A stretch of 64,000 nucleotides of DNA from Octopus vulgaris. Lineage: Eukaryota. The notes beneath the pieces are model-generated. The model was not told the origin of the DNA and searched no databases. It saw only the letters and a list, made by a program, of their open reading frames with translations. Below, in pieces: positions 55,432 through 64,000 of this stretch. The stretch is taken from the NCBI GenBank assembly GCA_951406725.2, contig OX597828.1, positions 7,998,001 through 8,062,000 on the forward strand, written 5' to 3'. Made by a program: the position numbers and the translations under genes. Positions within the stretch are counted from its first letter, which is position 1; each line of letters opens with the position of its first letter.

Positions 55432-56406
55432 CCATGAAGGATTGATGCTAGTTGGGTCGAAATAATTGTATGGATCGATAAACATACTTGTATCTTTCAA
55501 CTTCTGACTCTCATTAATCAAACATATGTGTGTATGTGTGTGTGTGTGTATGTTTCTATGCATGTATGTATTATTGAAATTGTGAATAAGAGCAAAACCC
55601 AGTGGCATGTTTAATAATTTCTTGGGATTTCATGTACAATACTTACGTCATTCACGAAAATGGAAACCATTCTTGTCTTGTATATTTTGACTTTGATTTG
55701 GTTATCTGACCTTCTTGAGTCTTCTTCTTCTGATGAGTATTTAGGAAATGGTTTGATAATCTTCTAAATGTCAATTTTGATTATATAAAAAACAAAACAA
55801 AATTGTTTTCTAATCTCTATTATTTGTGCATTGATTTTGTTTTCGACAGAGCCACCTGTATTCCCACCGCGAGACAAATGACTACTCACAGAAACTTTAA
55901 AATTTTGCTTGCTTCTTGAACTTTGTTGATGTTTATATGAGGAAAACTGTAGAATGCTCTTTTATTTTGGTTCTGAATTTTCGATATTGGCAAAATAAAA
56001 TTCCGATTAGTCGAAAAGCCAAAAGAAGTAATTATGTTCTTTTAGTGGTGACCAACATTACTTAGAGGTGACTTTTTCGCAAAAATTTCGAACATCTTAA
56101 CTGACAGAAACAACGCAAATATTAGGTTTGAAACTGTTTATATTATGATTCTTCTAGAAGTTTTCTAAGAACTTGAAAAATAATTATAATGAGTAATGTT
56201 CTGCGAATTAATTCATTCGCGATCGATCTATTTCTGATAAACGCTAAATTCTAGTACACATACCTTCATGAATACATACGCACATACAAACTCTTATTTG
56301 TATGTAAGTTCATATTTACAGAAACATAGACCAACACATCCAATTAAATATGAACTTACATATACAGTCTTACAGATAAACGAAAAGACGCTTTCACACA
56401 CACACA

Positions 56407-56484
<78 letters not shown>

Positions 56485-57948
56485 CACACACGTGATGAAG
56501 CATACTCGTTCGCTCATAGTCATTGTACACATTTATTGAAATCTACATGCACATACAAACACACAATCTTACATATGCACACACATGAACAAAGGTGTAT
56601 ATTTATATACACAACACATTACTAAACAGGAAATCAAATAAACCCGCATAGTTCCACATACACATTCCATACGCACGAACATTTACACATACATAACTAC
56701 ACACATACACACACATTCTCATAGCTACACTCATAAGTCCATACATGCACATACGCTCAGAATTAGACTGAAAAAAAGGAGCTTTTGTATAGCTGCGGGA
56801 TATGTGAGAAAAAACAGGTAAATTCACTTCAACAACGTTTTACCTTCATTTATATAGATTAACCAGATCTGAGGATTTAGTCCGTGATATAGGAAAAGCG
56901 TTTTTGTATGTGGTTGGAACATTTTGCATCTGACATAAGTTGAGAAAGAAATAGATTGGTTTTAAGCAAGAGTCGACTACGAGAGAAAGAGGTGGGAAGA
57001 GAGAAGAGAGGGAGAGAGAAAGGAGGGAGAAAGAGAAAGAAAGAGGGAGAGAGCGGAAGAGAGAGGAAGAGGAGAGAGATAGGCACGCAGAAAGAAACAG
57101 AGAGAGAGAGAGGGAGGGACAGAGAAACAGAGTGTGCATGTGCGCGAGAGTCATACATGCGCAGGCTCCAAGAATCAAGAAGATACAAGAACACTAACAG
57201 CACTGATGAAGGATGCAAATCCACAGAAGGAAATAAATTCAAAAAGCCGAACATGGAAGAACCTCTATCCTATAAAGATTCTGATTATCAAGAGATTCAT
57301 TGGATCATGGCACAGAATGCCGTACAGTGTTTATTTCAGTGCTTTGCGTTCTCTGTTCAGTTCTTATCGTGGCCTATTTATGCGTTTTAATTAAACTGAC
57401 ACTCGGTTTAGCACTAGCACCTGGTCCTCTGATGCCTTTTGTGGCGTTCATTTCGTTGCAAGCATTCGGCCGACTTTTGCAGTTTGAAGAGAGTTCCTCA
57501 CTTCAATCTCGGATTCCTCTATACCAAATAAATGATTAAATAAATAAAAAAAAATAAAGCCATTTTAAATAAGATCATCTTATTTAAAATTTTGTAAAGA
57601 TTGAATTCACACTTTTTAAAACTCAACTCTGTAAATACATTGTGTTATGTAGCGATGTTCATACATTGGAAGAATTTAAATATGCCGGAAGATAGAGAGT
57701 AAGGAGAACAATAATAAAAGAATAATATTTTACGGGAAGACGGAGAATTCCAAACAAGTAGAGATGATATAAATACATTTGATTCTATAGAAATATGAAA
57801 AGAATCTGCAGAACATTGTATTCAGTTGTTTCCATATATATTGCAGGTGAATATCTGAGCAAGATTCACAGCCGGGGGAGGAAGAAAACAATCGGTCGAC
57901 TTAAAATCTTTTGAGGAGAAATCCAAGCAAAAAAGTCTAATACACATC

Positions 57949-57979
<31 letters not shown>

Positions 57980-57989
57980 CATACATACA

Positions 57990-58023
<34 letters not shown>

Positions 58024-58029
58024 CATATA

Positions 58030-58095
<66 letters not shown>

Positions 58096-58102
58096 TTTAT
58101 GT

Positions 58103-58140
<38 letters not shown>

Positions 58141-58479
58141 GTATATACACATATATATGCAGGAATATATATATATACATATACATATACGTATACATAC
58201 GCATACTTATATACACACGCACATGTGTGTGCCTGCACGGGCTTATACACACACACAAACACACACACACAAATAAATGTACACAGATGCAAAAACGCAC
58301 ATACACATATACACAAGCGCGTGCAAAGAGATTTCAAATAGAAACACAAGGATATACATATCACAAACGTAATACTCAAACGGGTACACGCGTATATTTG
58401 TGTGTGTTTATTTATTCTCACATTTTAATTCCGAATGGATTTTGACTGGCCACCTGCTTGGTTGCAAGGTTGTGAAGGA

Positions 58480-58740
58480 AAGTAACTTATTTTGTTAATC
58501 ATCCGTTAAATCTTTAAAAATAATGTCTTGCAGATTTTTATTGTCTCGGGTATCGCGATCATTTGTAGTGTATGATTTAAAGATTTTCATTCTCTCCCCA
58601 GGAACTCTAGTTTAGTCATGCTTTGCTGCAGACGCGCTGGTATCTATCGCGGTGCTTCCGTAATAATAGGTACGAAAATGAAAGCGTATCTTTGATCCTG
58701 AATTTCCAAACTGCTTATCAACGGTTCATAGATATCCTCT
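58480..58740 (-). mobile_element. Diverged R4-like 3' end fragment
   Basis: YAFIFVPII..QQSMTKLEFLGRE similar to 48686-48935. Confidence 0.55.
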
Positions 58741-58897
58741 TTCTATCGTGTTTTTAAAACTGTATTGGTGTCCAGAGAGAGAAAGAGTGAGTGAGTGAAG
58801 GTGTGTGTTGTGATGCATGAATATTTTGCATATATGTGTAAGTGGCACTCTCTCTCTCCCTCCCTCACACGCATTTTCTTTCATATACAGGTACATA

Positions 58898-58986
58898 GCG
58901 GAGGTAAGGAATATGCACACCACCCGTCTTTGGCGTAACCCTAACTCTAACCCTAAACACCGGGAGTACGTATTCTTTACCTCAGC
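58898..58986. repeat. Small hairpin element enclosing telomere-type (CCCTAA) repeats
   Basis: GCGGAGGTAAGGAATATGCAC and GTACGTATTCTTTACCTCAGC are inverted arms; TAACCCTAACTCTAACCCTAA at 58936-58956. Confidence 0.7.
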
Positions 58987-59559
58987 CCATAAATACATAT
59001 GCACACAACATTTTGTGCGTGAGAGAGAGAGAGAGAGAGAGAGTTTTCATGCGCGTGCGTGTGACTTCATTTCCTTACAACATAGAAAAATGGATGCAAT
59101 TTTTTGGCTTATTTTAACACAATATTTATGTGTATATTTTCATGTATATTTGTTCCAGTAGAATTCTACGCATCAGTGAAACATTGGACGGAAGTGAAAC
59201 ACCGGAAGGAAATGGAAATATTGTCCGAATATGAACTGAAAATTGTGCGTCCCAACCTAGTTGCCAAGGTTATTTTAGTTGTAAAAAAAGAATTGCTGAG
59301 TCAAAAACATAGTTTATTTGGTAGATAGATAATAAGCAGCTTTCTTTATTATGATACAGATGCGACTAATTTGGAGAAACATTACTTTCATTATTCACAC
59401 ATCGCCACTCCCGAAATGCAACACTTTGTAATTTTGGTTCAAATTGGAAGTCAAACTATTTTCATTTTCTAATGAAACCTGGTCGTTGTAGAGAAGTGTA
59501 TTTGGAATAACTATAGCTGATTGTTGAGATAAATAAAGTTCATTTGACATGTGTAATCA

Positions 59560-59835
59560 ATTTGATTGTTTTGTTCTTAACATCATTTGGTAAGAATAGA
59601 TGTCGTTTGACGACACCTTTTTGTTTGTAATTGGCTATCCTGTTGCAGGTTCAATCCGTGGAACATTGAAACGACACCCATTTTGTCCATTCAATAGAAT
59701 AAGAGTATACTGGAGAGCATGATAAGATGGATGAGTCTGTGAAACATGTAAAAGGTTGTTATCTCGAATATGAATGAGAATATCATGATTTTCATGGGGA
59801 TCACCAACAATAAGGATGGCAACTTCATTAGACAC
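59560..59835 (-). pseudogene. Helitron Rep-region fragment
   Basis: NEVAILIVGD..HDILIH..LLHVSQTHPSYHALQYTLIL..GQNG. Confidence 0.8.
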
Positions 59836-59912
59836 AACAACAACAACAACAATAATAACAATAACATCGAAATATACCTTAGGAATAAGAACACAAGTTC
59901 GAAATTACCCCA

Positions 59913-59960
59913 AGACACCTGAAGAAGGCTGGAGAATATATCAGCCGAAACGTTGTGTTA
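59913..59960 (+). ncRNA. Minimal type-I hammerhead ribozyme motif in a Penelope-like terminal repeat
   Basis: Stem I GACAC/GTGTT; core CTGAAGA(A); stem II GGCTG/CAGCC; GAAAC-GTT with no stem-III loop. Confidence 0.7.
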
Positions 59961-60428
59961 GTTAGTTAATTAGTTAGTTAGTTAATTTGGCTCAAAAGCA
60001 AATAGCAAGGCCATGTAGGGGGACATGGAGTTAAGTACAGGGTGGTGTTCACGTAAAGAGTTCAGGCCACTTGAGGTCCAGGGAGGCTTTGAACAAAGCG
60101 GTCGTCGGCATCTTCACCATCTCGTCTGGCAGCTTGTTCCACGGATCCGCAACCCGGACGGAGAAAGCTCCTCTCCTTCGATTGAGATGAAATCGTCGCA
60201 GGTAGAGCTTTTCGGAATGACCCCGCAGCCGACGCTCCGGAGCAGGAGTGAAGAACAGCTCTTTCGAGAGGTTACACTTCCCGCTTATGATGTTGTGGGC
60301 GAGAATGAGATCACCACGGCGGCGGCGTTTTTCAAGAGAATAAAGGTCGAGCGTCCTCAGCCTTTCTTCGTAGGACAAATTTTTGAGACCATGAACCATG
60401 CGGGTAGCCAGCCTCTGGACTCTTTCGG
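59958..60428 (-). mobile_element. CR1-clade LINE 3' end with open ORF remnant and (TAAC)n tail
   Basis: ERVQRLATRMV..LSYEERL..LYSLEKRRRRGDLI..LRGH..FSVRVADPWNKLP..FKASLD; TTAGTTAG repeats at ~59958-59985. Confidence 0.92.
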
Positions 60429-60647
60429 AATTAATAATATAGAAATTAATAATAAACAAGACGAGAACAAATATCCGTCGAATGTAAATAATGTAAATAA
60501 TTTAAATAATGTAAAGAATGTACAAGAGAGTATTGTTCTTAAGCCGAAATTGTTACTAATGTAAAAACAAATGGAATAGTGAAACTATTGTTTGGTTTGG
60601 TGAAAAGGCAACATTTTGGACTTACGACACTTTAGCATAATATCAAC

Positions 60648-60683
<36 letters not shown>

Positions 60684-60686
60684 CAT

Positions 60687-60748
<62 letters not shown>

Positions 60749-61223
60749 ATGTGTGTGTGTGTGTGCGTGTGTGTGTGTATGTATGTATGTATGTATGTAT
60801 GTATGTATGTATGTATGTATGTATGTATATATCAGGCCTGTGCCGTGAGTTATTTCTCGGGGCAGGCAGTTGGTGATTTTTATGTAGTAAAAAACAAAAT
60901 TATAAGCGAAATACAGTCGCGCGACTGAGTTGAAGGCCTGTAAAGATAACGGTGTTGTAGGAGTGTGCAGCACGCGTACTACAGCACTACTATGCGTAGG
61001 TCAAATACTGAGGTTGAAAAGCAGGGGCGAATTATGCCAACCTAGCCTACAAAAAAGAAATAAAACATTTTGGATTTTATGCATAGTAATCAGAGTAGCC
61101 TTCAGAAATTTTTGAATTAGGTGCATATTTTCCCATAAAAGGAAAATGCTCTCATCGATATATTTTACTTAACGTAGGCACTATCTACTCTGCCTACATA
61201 GGCGGTACGTCCATTATATATAT

Positions 61224-61986
61224 GAACTCTTTTAAAAAAATTCTGTTGACCAGCTTTCCTCGATTTCAGCTCTACGTGTTTTCTGTAGCGAGTAAATAAT
61301 ATGTGGAAATAGCCGATTTAATAGTCTGTTATCACCATATTGGCATAGAAATAATTTTCTTTAGCCCTTGTTTATAAGTTGTTTATAATTTTAACCTTAA
61401 AGGTATTTTAATATGCTGCCACATTTTCTGATGAAATTTTTTCTGTAAAAATGCTTCATCCTATATTAGTAGTAGACTTATTACTATTCGCTATAAGGAC
61501 TGGTAACCACTATAAACTGTAGTGGAGAACAGTTCACACGTGTGCTGAGGCTGACCAAAGGATTTTATATTTAGATATATCTGGGGTACTTATATGTACT
61601 CACGATTTTTGCTTCGGCTTTTTTCCATGGGCACTTGTAAGTTTTTCATTTATGTCTTTCCGTTTTTTCTACTGAAGAGGAAAAAATCTATTATGAGATT
61701 AATTCCGAAATTGATTCAATATAGAAATAACGAACTATTTAAAAAAAATTTTGTTGACTAGCTTTCCTCGATTTCAGCTCTACGTTTTTTCTGTAGCAAG
61801 TAAATAATATGTGGAAATTGCCGATTTAAAAGTCTGTTATCAGCATATTGGCATAGAAATAATTTTCTTTAGCCCTTGTTTATAAGTAGTTTATAATTTT
61901 AACCTTAAAGGTATTTTAATATGCTGCCACATTTTCTGATGAATTTCTTTTCTGTAAAAAAGCTTCGTCCTATATTAGTAGTAGAC
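61224..61986. repeat. ~255-bp direct repeat (61224-61477 and 61732-61986)
   Basis: Both copies run GAACT..AGCTTTCCTCGATTTCAGCTCTACG..TATATTAGTAGTAGAC with few substitutions. Confidence 0.9.
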
Positions 61987-61990
61987 ATAT

Positions 61991-62046
<56 letters not shown>

Positions 62047-62052
<6 letters not shown>

Positions 62053-62325
62053 CAAAATGGGACAAGAACGCAAAACATCCAGACAGTTAGGTAATACAAG
62101 AAAGGGAGAACAAAATATTCAGATTGATGATACAAAGAAAACAAGGACAGGTCATTCGGAGTTTTCTTTCCTCAGTCGAGTTCCAGATTATCTTTGCAAT
62201 TTTGGTTGGTTATACTCGAGATTGCTCCAATCTGGCGAGCCCCATGAAAAGAAGTAAGCTAACAGCATTAGACTCCTTGAAAGAAAGCAGCGAATGTATA
62301 CGAAAACAAGGACGGACAAGAACGC

Positions 62326-62326
<1 letters not shown>
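62047..62326 (-). mobile_element. Interspersed repeat related to 5185-5462
   Basis: Shared blocks in opposite orientation; both copies lie between microsatellite runs. Confidence 0.55.
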
Positions 62327-62393
<67 letters not shown>

Positions 62394-62564
62394 GTGTATG
62401 TATATAAAATATTATTTATTATTATTTATAAATATTCTTACATTTACTTTTTACTTCAAGCAACATGAGCCAAAATCTGTGACCCTTTTGGGATATCGAA
62501 TTTTGTGTAAATGGTTCCTATTTCACACTCACTTTCTTTCTGGAAGTCTGTATTAGTTTGAGTG

Positions 62565-62611
<47 letters not shown>

Positions 62612-63119
62612 TGTATGTGTGTGTGTGTGTGTGTGTGTGAGTTTGTGTGTGTGTGAGTTTGTGAGTGTTTTTACGCGTGTGTGTAAAATGATCATTAACA
62701 CACATTCGAATTCATCGTTGTTTTGTACATCCAGTTCACTCAAATCTGATCATTCAAATCTGTGATTAACGACATTTCTGTTCTCACCACCCAGGATGCC
62801 GCAAGAAAAAAAGAGTCACTGAAGTTTCTCATCTTTGATAAGTGATGTGTTTACTGATTTGTATAAATCCTTAACTTGTGTTACATACTAATTGATTTGC
62901 TTCCTACCGTGGGGCAAAGAGAGAGAGAGAGAGAGAGAGGAGGTAGAGAGAAAGAAAGAGGTAGTGAGAGAGAAGCGAGAGATGCTGTCGTAAGAGTCTA
63001 CTGTGCAAAATGACTCGTCCTTAATATATTAATCTCCTAGGTATGAACTTTGATTGTAGAATTTGACAGGATTTGGATTCGGTTCACTTCATCACGAATA
63101 TATTTATAGAGAATATATT

Positions 63120-63335
63120 GAATTCAGATTTTGGCACAAGGCCAATAAAGTTTTGAGAAGAGTTAAGTCGATTACAGCTAAATCCAGTGCTCAACTGGTA
63201 CCAATTTTATCAACTCTGGAAAGATGAGAGGTAAAGTCGATCTCAGCGGAATTTGAACTCGGAATGTAATGACGAAGCGGAATGCCGCTACGCATTTTCC
63301 CCGATGGGCTAATGATTCTACCAGCATGCAGACTT
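63120..63335 (-). mobile_element. SINE B copy, diverged
   Basis: GGCACAAGGCC, CAACTGGTAC and GGAATTTGAACTC motifs. Confidence 0.7.
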
Positions 63336-63440
63336 AACTATAGTAAGTATATCGGCACATCGTTCAGAGCCTTATTTCGTCTAAAAGTTTCCCAGGTTCG
63401 TTTTGAAGCAAAAAAAAAAAAAAAAATTCATACGGCATAA

Positions 63441-63835
63441 GAGTGGCTGTGTGGTAAGTAGCTTCCTTACGAACCACATGGTTCCGGGTTCAGTCCCACT
63501 ACGTAGCGCCTTGGGCAAGTGTCTTCGTCTATAGCCTCGGGCTAACCAAAGCCTTGTGAGTGGATTTGGTAGACGGAAACTGAAAGAAGCCCGTCGTATA
63601 TATGTATGTGCGTGTGTATATGTTTGTGTGTCTGTGTTTGTCCCCCCAACATCACTTGACAACTGATGCTGGTGTCTTTACGTCCCCGTAACTTAGCGGT
63701 TCGGCAAAAGAGATCGATAGAATGAGTACTAGGCTTACAAAGAATAAGTCTTGGGGTCGATTTGCTCGACTAAATGCGGTGCTCCAGCATGGCCGCAGTC
63801 AAATGACTGAAACAAATAAAGAGTAAAAGAGAGTA
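63441..63835 (+). mobile_element. SINE family A, full-length
   Basis: Head to tail match with 10898-11368. Confidence 0.9.
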
Positions 63836-64000
63836 GAGAGTATAACCTCATTGGAACAAGTTTAACGAAGGAGTAGTCAATTGTTGTTAGTTTTATTTTT
63901 TGAGTGCCCCATCATTTTATCAACTCCAGAAGGTAAGTTTAACCTCAACGTGGTTTGAAATGAGAATATAAGAAAACATGATTAAATGCAGCAGACCTTT

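Noticed and set aside
57203-57230. CTGATGA-A-GGAT-GCAA-ATCC hammerhead-like half
   Set aside because: Stem II is followed by ACAGAA rather than GAAA, and no stem I or III is evident
56956-57390. 144-aa Arg/Glu-rich ORF
   Set aside because: The first half derives from a GA-rich low-complexity tract
60025-60564. 179-aa plus-strand ORF
   Set aside because: It is the antisense frame of the CR1 fragment

Overview
AT-rich, microsatellite-saturated eukaryotic DNA with no host protein-coding gene that I can support. It reads as intergenic or deep intronic sequence. The repeat repertoire suggests a coleoid cephalopod, probably Octopus (inference, not verified). Most ORFs in the track are translations of (TA)n, (CA)n, (TACA)n, (GA)n or (AAT)n repeats. 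The recognisable content is a set of decayed mobile elements: four tRNA-like SINE families (called A-D here), non-LTR retrotransposon fragments (CR1/L2 group, RTE, R4/Dong-like, HERO/NeSL-like), two Tc1 elements, a mariner fragment, Helitron Rep and helicase fragments, a complete non-autonomous Helitron, MITE/fold-back elements and Penelope-like terminal remnants. The most interesting signals are: (1) a minimal, loop-less stem-III hammerhead ribozyme motif at 59913-59960, with decayed relatives elsewhere and a fold-back copy centred on its stem II; (2) a LINE 3' end that matches the tail of SINE family A, identifying a candidate mobilising partner; (3) several nested insertions with readable target-site duplications (TSDs); (4) long inverted repeats that could form dsRNA. 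All coordinates and alignments were read by eye.
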